The notes beneath the pieces were generated by a model. That model ran no database searches. It was not told the origin of the DNA and saw only the letters and a program-made list of their open reading frames with translations. A DNA stretch of 27,068 bases from a virus (lineage: Duplodnaviria > Caudoviricetes): the IMG/VR virus record IMGVR_UViG_3300007735_000558, positions 1 to 27,068 of that record. One strand, written 5' to 3'. Of this stretch, positions 5,522-13,432 are shown one piece after another (the stretch's first letter is position 1; each line of letters opens with the position of its first letter). Made by a program: the position numbers and the translations under genes.

Positions 5522-7993
5522 TCAGTCCATCCCAGCGCTCCACGCTTCCTCCGCTTGAGCCTTCAGAACATCCAACTCTGCGGTGGTGCGATCCCCCTCG
5601 CGCACACGTATAGATTCAAAATCGTGTCCTTTTGCGTCAAATCCCTGTCCATCACTGGATTCAACAATAGGACACCCATCCATTTCTATGGGAGGTGTCT
5701 CTTTGGCCCCCGCCCCAGCTCCGCCTTCCTCCTCCAAAGCGTCATTAGCAACAGGACACTCACTGCTTTTTAGGGGTGGTGTCTCATTGCTACTTTCCAG
5801 TCCATCACTGCGTTCTACCCCATTAGGACCCCTATACAACAACGCCCCCTGCGCGTGAGAGGAAAGAATTGCTTGGTAATGGTTAGTAGGCCTTCCCCCT
5901 CTACCTGGAACGATCTCTTCACGCTCAATGCAGACCAACCCACGCTTAAGAAGACGCTGGAGCGATTTCCTGATGGCTGTAACGGAGCCGCCACACACCG
6001 GGTCAGAGTTCAACTCCACACCAGAGCGAGTAGCGGGGTAAATAGTCCGCAGACGCGCCAGCACCCGATCAGTGACCCCACTAGGGGCTGTGGTGCTGGA
6101 ATCCTGCTCAGGAGTCCAGTCCGCCAGCGTGAAGCTGAGGTCAGCCTCCTGCCGCATGATCAGCCGCGTCCCACCCCGCCCACTACGGGATTTCTCGATG
6201 GTGACAATCCGCGCATCCTGCCCGGTCTCCTCCAACTGCTTCGAGCTGGGGCGTGAGAGGCTCCAGGTCTCATCCACGGCATCCCGAATAGCCGAGGTGC
6301 CCCTAAACCCGCCCTGCTTATTGGCGTGGTGAATAATCAGGATCGTCGCAGCTGGAAAGAGAATCCCGTTGTTCCGGGTCAGCCAGTACAGCGGACTCGC
6401 AAAGTCGCTCTTGTTCTCATCAAAAGCCTTGCCCCCACTGCAGCCAATCAACGAGTCAATCACCACCAGCTTGGGCTTCACGTCCTTCATGAGCTTCACG
6501 AACTGTGCGTAGCGCTGGATCGACCACTCACTCCGCAAAGTGACCGGAGCATCCATCGGCATCCCAACCTCGTCTAACTGCTCCTGGAGCTGCACCAGAG
6601 GCTGGTCACCGTTAAGCAGCAGCACAGGACCAGCTTGAACTGGAACGGCCTTCCCGCGGATCACAAAGGGCGCTCCGGTGGCAATGTGCTTAGCCAGCGT
6701 CCAGGCACTCATGGATTTGCCATCTCCACCTGCCCCATAAATCAGCACCACCGCCGGACAAGGCAACAGGTCTGGAATGAGGTATTCCCGTTTGAAGTCG
6801 GTCTGCATGAGTTCTTTCAAGCTCATGGTGTCCGTTTGCCCCTCAAACTGAATCTGATCAACAATCAGCCTTTCAAGTGCGCTTTGATCTCTGTACCCAG
6901 CCCTAAGCGAAAGCTGGTTGAGCTTGAAGTTCATCTCTGCTGGATTGTCCAGCTCCATGAGAACCTTCGCCTCCCGCATTACCTCATCAAACCCAAGAAG
7001 CTCCTGGCGCGTCTTCTGAACTGCCGCCTCAGCGCCCTCAACAATCTTCCTAGTGCTTTCGCTAAACCTCAGCCGCTTGGGATCTTGCTGGTCCGCCAAC
7101 CAAATCAGTGTCCCCAACCCAATAGCACCGCCAGCCTTAAAGCTGTTCCACCGCTCTTCACAGGGATTTGCAGACTCCCAAACATCGGAGTACTCAACGT
7201 CTTCCGCACTCCAAGCACTCCACAACGTCAAACCCAACTCGTTAGGCAACACGGAGTGGATCGCCATGCCAACTTTCACCCAGTGGTCATGGCTGCCCAC
7301 GCCCTGCTGAGGAATAACACGCAGACAGTCCTGCACAATCTCAGCAATCTCATCGTCCGAACGGTCGTCTAGCAGGAGCGCTTTGCGGTTTTTAATGAGG
7401 CCTTCTCCAGCTGGAGAGCCCTTTGCCTCTCGCATCTCCGCTATAAGCCACCCAGGAGCCTCAGGAATGGCCTCCAAGTCGCCAGTGAATCCGTAAGTAC
7501 CCCCAGGGGCCTTACCGTCTTGTGAGCCCGGATAGGCCCCGTAGAGAACGCCCTGCCGTCCCCACAAAACTTCATATCCACCCCTGCTGTCGCTCAACCC
7601 AAAACCTTTCACCTCACTCCAGTGCTCTTCGGGCACTCTGAACAAATACTTAGCTGCATTTGCCTTCGTACTTTTAATAACTGGAGCGCCTATTAAAGAT
7701 TCGCCCCATTTCTTTAATAAGGCCCCGAGGTTGCGATCCACATCAAGGATCACCAGCCCACTACTGCGTGGTCCGGTAAACACCCCGACTGCCTTGAAGA
7801 CACTGGGGCGCCTTTCAATTGCCAGCGCCACATCCTCTGGTCCGAGCACACGGTGGTGTGCCTCCTCCAGCGGTGTTTTGCCTTTACTGATCTTCCCTGA
7901 CTTGAGCGCCTCACCCTTGGCGTAGATAGGGGCATAGGCCATTCCGGCGGGCAATTGCCGCACGAAATCCAGCAGCTCTGTAGCACACAACAT
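5522..7993 (-). CDS. Primase-helicase: N-terminal prim-pol domain, PriCT-2 domain, AAA_25/RecA-like helicase, winged helix, low-complexity tail
   Basis: GVFTG..SSGLVILDVD (prim-pol); W.KVGMAIH...W.AWS...E.RW.SF...IGLGTL.WLA (PriCT-2); Walker A GAGGDGKS, Walker B LVVIDSL, IIHHANK..GFRGTSAI..AVD. Confidence 0.9.
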   Translation of the reverse strand: MLCATELLDFVRQLPAGMAYAPIYAKGEALKSGKISKGKTPLEEAHHRVLGPEDVALAIERRPSVFKAVGVFTGPRSSGLVILDVDRNLGALLKKWGESLIGAPVIKSTKANAAKYLFRVPEEHWSEVKGFGLSDSRGGYEVLWGRQGVLYGAYPGSQDGKAPGGTYGFTGDLEAIPEAPGWLIAEMREAKGSPAGEGLIKNRKALLLDDRSDDEIAEIVQDCLRVIPQQGVGSHDHWVKVGMAIHSVLPNELGLTLWSAWSAEDVEYSDVWESANPCEERWNSFKAGGAIGLGTLIWLADQQDPKRLRFSESTRKIVEGAEAAVQKTRQELLGFDEVMREAKVLMELDNPAEMNFKLNQLSLRAGYRDQSALERLIVDQIQFEGQTDTMSLKELMQTDFKREYLIPDLLPCPAVVLIYGAGGDGKSMSAWTLAKHIATGAPFVIRGKAVPVQAGPVLLLNGDQPLVQLQEQLDEVGMPMDAPVTLRSEWSIQRYAQFVKLMKDVKPKLVVIDSLIGCSGGKAFDENKSDFASPLYWLTRNNGILFPAATILIIHHANKQGGFRGTSAIRDAVDETWSLSRPSSKQLEETGQDARIVTIEKSRSGRGGTRLIMRQEADLSFTLADWTPEQDSSTTAPSGVTDRVLARLRTIYPATRSGVELNSDPVCGGSVTAIRKSLQRLLKRGLVCIEREEIVPGRGGRPTNHYQAILSSHAQGALLYRGPNGVERSDGLESSNETPPLKSSECPVANDALEEEGGAGAGAKETPPIEMDGCPIVESSDGQGFDAKGHDFESIRVREGDRTTAELDVLKAQAEEAWSAGMD
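5597..5859. repeat. Array of alternating GGACAC/GTGTCY motifs within the helicase 3' end
   Basis: GTGTCC 5624, GGACAC 5670, GTGTCT 5695, GGACAC 5754, GTGTCT 5779, GGACCC 5826; GTCCATCACTG twice; flanking inverted GTATAG/CTATAC and CGCGCA/TGCGCG. Confidence 0.75.
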
Positions 7994-8021
7994 GGTACAA
8001 TCCCGAGTGAAGAGTTAGCCG

Positions 8022-8053
8022 CGACCCAGTGCCCGCAAGCGCTGGGTCGTTTT
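8022..8053 (+). terminator. Stem-loop with short T tail in the divergent intergenic region
   Basis: CGACCCAGTGC-ccgcaa-GCGCTGGGTCG-TTTT: 11-bp stem with one G:U pair. Confidence 0.55.
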
Positions 8054-8066
8054 CATATGGTAGCTG

Positions 8067-8095
8067 TTGACCCTTGATTTCGCACGTGCTACTGT
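8067..8095 (+). promoter_or_regulatory. Sigma-70-type promoter for the SSB-like gene
   Basis: TTGACC (8067-8072) - 17 bp - TACTGT (8090-8095), with extended TG. Confidence 0.75.
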
Positions 8096-8149
8096 ATTGG
8101 AGTACAGCCCACAGAACGCAGTTCACGGGCAACACACCCCAAAACGATC

Positions 8150-8722
8150 ATGGCATTTCTTTCAAAGTCCGCTTCCGCGGCCATCGCCCCCAGAACCGGC
8201 GGCGCTTACCTAACCCCCAGCAAAATTGCTGACGGTGGATCGGTCCGCTTTGCCCTCCTCTCCGAAGAACCGCTTGAGTTCTACGAAGCTTGGGGCCAGG
8301 ACGCTTCCGGTTCCCTTAAGCCCTTCCGGTTTCCCCACGAACCCACTCCCGAGGACGTGGTGCTGGAGCTGGGCAACTATGAGCCCCGCACCCGCGACAA
8401 CGGCAGCTTGGACGTTAAGTTTTGCATTGCTTTGCCCGTCTATCACTACGAAGACGTAAAGGTCAAAGTTTTGCAACTCTCCCAGAAGTCAATCATCTCC
8501 GAGCTGGATCAAATCGCCCAGCACGAAGACTTCGAGGATCTCCTTTCATGGGATTTCACCCTGGGACGCACCGGCTCCAAGTTGACCACCGTCTACACAC
8601 TCCGCGCCGTACCCCGCAAAGCCGCTAGCCAAAAGGCTTTAGAGGCCGCTTGGACCGACACCAAGGCTGCCGGGTTCGACCTAGCTCGCCTACTAGTCGG
8701 AGGTGACCCTTTCAAGGCCTAA
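8150..8722 (+). CDS. Conserved phage replication-region protein, putative ssDNA-binding protein
   Basis: 190 aa, biased codon use, own promoter and terminator; lies between the primase-helicase and the exonuclease. YL.PSKI..G.SVRF...WDF.L.RTG.KL.T.Y pattern suggests an OB-fold. Function is inference. Confidence 0.55.
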   Translation: MAFLSKSASAAIAPRTGGAYLTPSKIADGGSVRFALLSEEPLEFYEAWGQDASGSLKPFRFPHEPTPEDVVLELGNYEPRTRDNGSLDVKFCIALPVYHYEDVKVKVLQLSQKSIISELDQIAQHEDFEDLLSWDFTLGRTGSKLTTVYTLRAVPRKAASQKALEAAWTDTKAAGFDLARLLVGGDPFKA

Positions 8723-8729
8723 GTAGCAT

Positions 8730-8754
8730 GGCCCCCAGCTAGGGGGCCTTTTTT
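8730..8754 (+). terminator. Rho-independent terminator
   Basis: GGCCCCC-agcta-GGGGGCC-TTTTTT directly after the stop codon. Confidence 0.85.
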
Positions 8755-8767
8755 GTAGTAGTATAAG

Positions 8768-9571
8768 GTGGGAAGGAGTATTTTTGTGTTCTTACAAGGG
8801 TGCTCGGGGCTGGAGCAGGACAACAGCGGCCCTTTCAGGGTGTACCGCGACACAACTGGAAAGGTTTTCCACTCCGTCACCCACATTCTCAAAGAGACCG
8901 CCGATAACGATGCACTGGAGCGCTGGAAGGCCCGAATGGGCGACCGGGCTGGAGTGCTGAGCAGCGTGGCCACCACCCGCGGCACCCGCGCCCATTCAAG
9001 GGTGGAATGGCGCCTCAAAACCGCCCGCAAGCTTGCCGTCCACGCCGCCAACCGCAAAGGACTGGAGCGTATCCCGTCTAACATCTGGACCTGGGCCTTA
9101 AACAAGGCCTACCAAAGCAAACCCCCAAAGCTAGACCTTTCAAGCGTCGCCTATGGCCGCTGCCTCGATGAATGGCTGGAGAGCAACTGCTCCGGCGAGG
9201 CGGCAGTGGAATTGAGAATCACTTGCACGCCACAAAACTTTACATCCGCGTACTGTGATGGTTGGGCTGGAACGTTTGATGCTGCTCTGTACCTTCGGGA
9301 TAGGCCTGGTCTATGGCTGGTGGACTGGAAAACTTCTGCAAATCGACGTGGAGCGGACATGCTCTTCGATTATTTTGATCAGCTCGGCGCCTACAACGCC
9401 GGAGTCCTGCAACACAACCCCAGGCTGGAGGGTTTCGCCGGAGGCGTGGTAGTGATCGCTCGCCGCGCAGGCCCACCAGACGTGCATTGGCTGGAGCGTG
9501 AGGAACTACTGGCGCGTACCAGCAGCTTCACTGTCCGCTTCGCTCGCTATGTTCGCGGGCTTTGCCCGTAA
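8768..9571 (+). CDS. PD-(D/E)XK exonuclease (RecB/Cas4/MGME1-like phage nuclease)
   Basis: SVTHIL...L.RWK...RGT.AH; AVE; WAGTFDA...LVDWKTS; YFDQLGAY. Start uncertain. Confidence 0.85.
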   Translation: MGRSIFVFLQGCSGLEQDNSGPFRVYRDTTGKVFHSVTHILKETADNDALERWKARMGDRAGVLSSVATTRGTRAHSRVEWRLKTARKLAVHAANRKGLERIPSNIWTWALNKAYQSKPPKLDLSSVAYGRCLDEWLESNCSGEAAVELRITCTPQNFTSAYCDGWAGTFDAALYLRDRPGLWLVDWKTSANRRGADMLFDYFDQLGAYNAGVLQHNPRLEGFAGGVVVIARRAGPPDVHWLEREELLARTSSFTVRFARYVRGLCP

Positions 9572-9590
9572 AGAAATATCACAGGCCCCG

Positions 9591-9619
9591 TTGACTTTCA
9601 CTGGAGCGCCGTTTAGTGT
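9591..9619 (+). promoter_or_regulatory. Sigma-70-type promoter
   Basis: TTGACT - 17 bp - TAGTGT upstream of the ATG at 9643. Confidence 0.6.
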
Positions 9620-9632
9620 GACGCGGTTCAGA

Positions 9633-10179
9633 AAAACCTTTCATGACCACCTCAAATTCTGCTGCCACCCACGCAGCCGCTGAAAACCTCCGCATGGAAG
9701 CCCACTATCCGGACTGGTGCGCCATGCAACCCGAGATCAGCGCCGCCATGGCGCAAGCCGACCGCGACGCCAAGATCCGCGAATCAATGGGCTGGGAAGA
9801 CGGAGGCATTGACGGCTGGAGCGCCCCCGACCCTTTCAACCCCGACGGCTTCGCCATCCTCGAATCGGACTGGCAAGCCGAAACCGGACTGCCGTTCCCC
9901 GAGGATATGAACGACGGCCACCGTTGCCTCCTGGCGGTGATGTACGCCATGGGCCAGGCTGGAGCGGACCCCTACGACCGAGCTATCGCCGCCACCAAAG
10001 CCGTAGCTGTGTGGATGCACAACCTAAACCCCCAGACTTATGCATATCAGGGCGTGGCAGGTGGCTGGCTAGCTGACGCCCTCGGTATGCGGTTCATGGA
10101 CATCGTTGACTGGAACGTGGCTCACAGCCTTTCATGAAAACCTTTCATAGCGCCACTGAAGAAAAAACCTTTCATAGCG
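9633..10179. repeat. Four copies of CCTTTCAT, three preceded by AAAA
   Basis: CCTTTCATGA at 9637 and 10128; AAAACCTTTCATAGCG at 10137 and 10164. Confidence 0.9.
9643..10137 (+). CDS. Hypothetical acidic protein
   Basis: 164-aa ATG ORF with upstream promoter; no family recognised. Confidence 0.75.
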   Translation: MTTSNSAATHAAAENLRMEAHYPDWCAMQPEISAAMAQADRDAKIRESMGWEDGGIDGWSAPDPFNPDGFAILESDWQAETGLPFPEDMNDGHRCLLAVMYAMGQAGADPYDRAIAATKAVAVWMHNLNPQTYAYQGVAGGWLADALGMRFMDIVDWNVAHSLS

Positions 10180-10406
10180 TGCCCCTCGATGCTGGGGGGT
10201 GCGTCAGTTGTGACCATGTTTTGCTGGACAATGGTGGACTGGTGTGTGGCATCGACCCGTGGCTGCTGGAGCGGGAGGTGACGGCGGACGGGGTGCGCTA
10301 CCTGGCGTGCGATCAGCACCAAAGCGGCATTCTGCCGCAGACAGCAGAAAGCCCCCCGCCAGTCTCCACGGTGGGGGACCAACAGGGGGGCAGCTGGAGC
10401 GGTTGA
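10134..10406 (+). CDS. Hypothetical protein with possible Cys metal site
   Basis: ATGA-coupled ORF; CVSC...C...C; N-terminal KTFHS repeated twice. Confidence 0.45.
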   Translation: MKTFHSATEEKTFHSVPLDAGGCVSCDHVLLDNGGLVCGIDPWLLEREVTADGVRYLACDQHQSGILPQTAESPPPVSTVGDQQGGSWSG

Positions 10407-10418
10407 TGCTTTAGGGCT

Positions 10419-10547
10419 TCACATTCGCCCAACGCTGTGGAGGATTCCGGTTTCAGTGGTAAGCCTCTCGGCTAACTCCCAGGCTTCCTCCGGATCCTGG
10501 GGGCAGTCGATTAGCTGCCATGATCCGGCGCAAATGATTACAATCAT
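10419..10547 (-). CDS. Hypothetical protein (42 aa, MIVIICAGSWQ...)
   Basis: ATG at 10547 overlaps the upstream stop (ATGA). Confidence 0.6.
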   Translation of the reverse strand: MIVIICAGSWQLIDCPQDPEEAWELAERLTTETGILHSVGRM

Positions 10548-10879
10548 GATTTTGCCCCTGTGGAATCTGTGGAAAACCTCGCCAGGATGTCGGCAGCTGT
10601 GACGGTCTGAGGGTGACCGGTGGCGCGTGCTAGGGCTTGCTGCTTTCGTTGGCATGTTTGCCAGTATGGAATTAATTCCCGTTCAAGTTGCAAGGTTCCC
10701 TCCTTTCCATACTGCCTGTGAAGATTGAGCAGATCATGCCAGTCGGATGTTTCTAGGATGGATCGCTCAGCTGCCCAACGTAGGTCCTTGTAAAGGCGTT
10801 TCTCTAGCCTAATTTGCTCCCGTCTTTCCTCGGCAGCCTCTCGGGCTGAGGCTTTTGTGGTCCAGGCTCCGGCGGACAT
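10544..10879 (-). CDS. Hypothetical protein (MSAGAWTTK...)
   Basis: 111-aa helical, charged ORF divergent from 11035. Confidence 0.75.
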   Translation of the reverse strand: MSAGAWTTKASAREAAEERREQIRLEKRLYKDLRWAAERSILETSDWHDLLNLHRQYGKEGTLQLERELIPYWQTCQRKQQALARATGHPQTVTAADILARFSTDSTGAKS

Positions 10880-10941
10880 TGGTTCCCATGGTGAGGGTTT
10901 GCATTGGGGAGCTTACCATGGGCGGGACTTGTGCCAGGGGA

Positions 10942-10960
10942 TGTTAAGGAATGTTACAAA
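10942..10960 (+). promoter_or_regulatory. HLR1-like direct-repeat box
   Basis: GTTAAGGA-AT-GTTACAAA (TGTTA at a 10-bp period) in a divergent intergenic region; related 17-mer at 13187-13203. Confidence 0.45.
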
Positions 10961-11034
10961 GGAGCATTAAAGGAGCTGGCTAGGGTGCAGAATGCCGTAG
11001 TTCAATCTCCCGGCCATCCATGCCGGATTAATCC

Positions 11035-11766
11035 ATGGCCTTATCTCCAGCACTGGCGCAGCGTATCGATGCCCTAGACGGCTGCCGCGGCAGCTGGTTA
11101 GTGATCGAAGATGGTGAGCCTGAGAACCGGTGGGCCCAAGATGTTAGCCAGAGCCCCAAGGATGCCCTAACCGCTTGCCTTGATCGCCGCTGGCGTGGGG
11201 TTAGCTTGGGCTTTCAGCCTGATTGGTGCGGCTATAGCTCGTATGACAACACTGGTCTAGTTGGCAAGGCTAATTTCAAACATTTTAAGGATCGTTACTC
11301 TGAGCCGGAGATCTTAACCGCATCTTATGGCTGGGATGGGGAATCCATAATTGTAGATCTGCGCTTTGCTAGTGAGGATTTGATCGAGTCCATTGTGGCG
11401 CTAGAGGATTATCCACTGGCGGATGATCAACTTCATTCTGAGCTGGAGATGGAAGAACAGGCTACAGCTTGGGAGGATACATATTCGAGAAAGTGGTTTA
11501 AGATCCTGGCTAGCGAGCTGGACCGTTACGCTGCTGACGATGCTGAAATGTATTGGGCCGAGGAATTGATAGAGGCCACCGTGTCGGATCGGGCAGCGTT
11601 CGAACTGTTTGAGCGATGCCAGGAAGCAGCCAACGAGTATTGGGTAGTAGAGGACCTCAGCTGCGGCGCCTATATCAATATGGATAGGATCGCCGCTCAA
11701 CTCACCGGTGAGGATCTGTGTAGCCTCGGGCTCCTCACTGTTGACAGGTTGGCGGCTGTCGTCTAG
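11035..11766 (+). CDS. Hypothetical highly acidic protein
   Basis: 243 aa, Asp/Glu- and Trp-rich (ALEDYPLADDQLHSELEMEE). Confidence 0.8.
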   Translation: MALSPALAQRIDALDGCRGSWLVIEDGEPENRWAQDVSQSPKDALTACLDRRWRGVSLGFQPDWCGYSSYDNTGLVGKANFKHFKDRYSEPEILTASYGWDGESIIVDLRFASEDLIESIVALEDYPLADDQLHSELEMEEQATAWEDTYSRKWFKILASELDRYAADDAEMYWAEELIEATVSDRAAFELFERCQEAANEYWVVEDLSCGAYINMDRIAAQLTGEDLCSLGLLTVDRLAAVV

Positions 11767-11769
11767 ATT
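11741..11769 (+). promoter_or_regulatory. Near-consensus sigma-70 promoter
   Basis: TTGACA (11741-11746) - 17 bp - TAGATT (11764-11769). Confidence 0.75.
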
Positions 11770-11834
11770 CTGACAGCAGCCCCAGGGCTGCAAAATATCC
11801 ACCCTACCGCCCCCCACCCTAAGGGGCTGACACC

Positions 11835-12458
11835 ATGCATTACTCATCTCAACAGCTTTCGGAGTTTCCCTGGATCGCCAGCAGTGGCACCCTAAGGGAA
11901 GAGGATCTATTTCCCAGGTTCTGGGGCATCGCGGAACAGATCGGGGCTACCATTCCCGACACGCTGCTGGCTAGTCGCCAGCGTTTAGGTGAGGATTCCA
12001 TCTGGGATTCGGAAGAAGCGACTGATGCCTGTTTTGAGCTGATAGCGCTTTTGTGCGATGCTGCCCCGGCTGGTTTCTATTTTGGCGCCAGTGAGGGGGA
12101 CGGCTCCTGCTTTGGTTTCTGGGTAACGGAAGCCTGGGCTAGTGCTTTGGAGTATATGGGCCTAGGGAACTATGATCCCGTGGACTGGGCTGAGTTAATT
12201 GCTGATCTGGAGAGTGACGGCATTGATCCGGAGAGCATCGAGGATAGCTACCAGGGCACCGCTGAAGGCTGGTCTGAGGAGAGAGCTGGCGCTGATTATG
12301 CCCAGACTCTTGCGGATGAGCTGGGGCTGCTTAGGGCTGCCGAATGGCCGTTCTCCTGTATTGACTGGGCCGGAGCATGGAGAGAGCTTGTGATGGGCGA
12401 CGGCTACCGGCTGCATTCAATCGGAACCGGTGATTGGCTGGTGTTTCGGAATGTCTGA
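11835..12458 (+). CDS. Acidic protein with ArdA-like (anti-restriction DNA mimic) C-terminal region
   Basis: EDSYQG...ADYAQ.LADE.G...IDW..AWREL..GDGY...VFR resembles the ArdA C-terminal domain; distinct N-terminal SGTLR.EDL...AP.GFYFGA.EGDGS.FGFW module. Confidence 0.65.
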   Translation: MHYSSQQLSEFPWIASSGTLREEDLFPRFWGIAEQIGATIPDTLLASRQRLGEDSIWDSEEATDACFELIALLCDAAPAGFYFGASEGDGSCFGFWVTEAWASALEYMGLGNYDPVDWAELIADLESDGIDPESIEDSYQGTAEGWSEERAGADYAQTLADELGLLRAAEWPFSCIDWAGAWRELVMGDGYRLHSIGTGDWLVFRNV

Positions 12459-12639
12459 CATGAAACTCTTCACAGTGGTTGTAGTTAAAACAATCCGTCC
12501 GACATGGGATCCCCAGGACTGGCGAGACGCTAGACAAGAATTTTTGATTGAAGCGCACACACCGCAGCACGCCGAAAGGCTGGCTAGCGAGTTATTCGAG
12601 CCGTGCGACGATATCGCGGATATCTATGCCTTAGTGTAG
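12451..12639 (+). CDS. Hypothetical protein
   Basis: Start at ATG 12451 (ATGTCTGA overlap) or 12460. Confidence 0.65.
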   Translation: MSDMKLFTVVVVKTIRPTWDPQDWRDARQEFLIEAHTPQHAERLASELFEPCDDIADIYALV

Positions 12640-12667
12640 TATTCAAGAAAGGACCCCTAGTTTGCTC

Positions 12668-13225
12668 GTGTCTGACGAATCGCTGAATCTAGACAATACT
12701 GAGGGGGCCCCGATTAAAGAGCCCCCTTTTATTAAAAACGGTCAGAAAGTTTACGGGAAACGTAATCCCAACGCTTTGATTGAAGCGAGACAACAAAGGC
12801 TGTATAAAAGGCAATTAGAGGGATTACCTACCCGTCATTTAGTTTTAGACCATGCGGATCGTGAAAGTATCGCGGAAACTACAGCCTGGAGAGACTGGAG
12901 AGTTGTTCAGAGTTGGAACACAGACGACTGGAACCTAGAACGTGAGAACATGGTGCCACGTATCCAGCAAATGAGGCTCCGCATTGTCAATCAGGCGATA
13001 AAAAAGGGGCAGCTGATGACGGCGGTCACCGCCCTTCAACACATCGGCGCCCATCTCGGGGAGGTCGCCCCTGAAATCCAAGCACTTAACGCGCCAGTCC
13101 TAAATATCACCGTCGAAGAATCTCGGCAGTCATCACTCCCCCCGGCAGCAGCTGGAGAGGCCCTAGACGTTGCGGCCCTGCCAGTGTGTGAAGAATTGCA
13201 ACAAAAAGAGCCGGGTTCCGGTTGA
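12668..13225 (+). CDS. Putative terminase small subunit (HTH-like protein)
   Basis: HTH-like segment (EGLPTRHLV....SIAETTAWRDW), helical core, C-terminal beta strand (LNITVEE); lies upstream of terL. Start GTG 12668 or TTG 12662. Confidence 0.55.
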   Translation: MSDESLNLDNTEGAPIKEPPFIKNGQKVYGKRNPNALIEARQQRLYKRQLEGLPTRHLVLDHADRESIAETTAWRDWRVVQSWNTDDWNLERENMVPRIQQMRLRIVNQAIKKGQLMTAVTALQHIGAHLGEVAPEIQALNAPVLNITVEESRQSSLPPAAAGEALDVAALPVCEELQQKEPGSG

Positions 13226-13249
13226 CCCCCCGTTTTACTGTGCTATACT
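13222..13249 (+). promoter_or_regulatory. Sigma-70-type promoter for the two-gene insert
   Basis: TTGACC - 16 bp - TATACT, with extended TG. Confidence 0.75.
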
Positions 13250-13290
13250 ACAGGAACGCGGGCCACCACTACCCGCACCGCATCCACACC

Positions 13291-13398
13291 ATGGCTAACT
13301 TCTTTTCTTTCTTGATTGTTGCCTCAACCTTTGCAGCGATTACAGTATCATTCGGTAACGTTGCGCCCCCCGTAGTTTATCACCAACTGGATAAATAA
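13291..13398 (+). CDS. 35-aa hydrophobic peptide (MANFFSFLIVASTFAAITVSFGNVAPPVVYHQLDK)
   Basis: ATG ORF just after a strong promoter, below the track length cutoff; single hydrophobic segment. Confidence 0.6.
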   Translation: MANFFSFLIVASTFAAITVSFGNVAPPVVYHQLDK

Positions 13399-13432
13399 TT
13401 AACATTAACCACCCTACAATCCACCCCACAAA

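Noticed and set aside
5555-7925. Plus-strand ORFs up to 245 aa opposite the primase-helicase
   Set aside because: Antisense shadows of a GC-rich gene, with no recognisable motifs.
8107-8130. GAAC-gca-GTTC hairpin in the SSB-like leader as a member of the triloop family
   Set aside because: The loop matches C-TGC-G only on the non-coding strand and the inner stem is 4 bp.
9556-9568. CGGGC-ttt-GCCCG hairpin with the same stem as the tail tube leader hairpin
   Set aside because: The loop lacks the central G and it sits at a gene end; probably coincidental or a weak terminator.
8768-9571. Cas4-like nuclease suggesting a CRISPR system
   Set aside because: No repeat-spacer array or other cas genes seen, and no four-Cys Fe-S pattern; stand-alone PD-(D/E)XK exonucleases are routine in phage replication modules.
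10942-10958. NtcA or CRP site
   Set aside because: Spacing is TGT-N11-ACA, matching neither GTA-N8-TAC nor TGTGA-N6-TCACA; a 10-bp direct repeat fits better.
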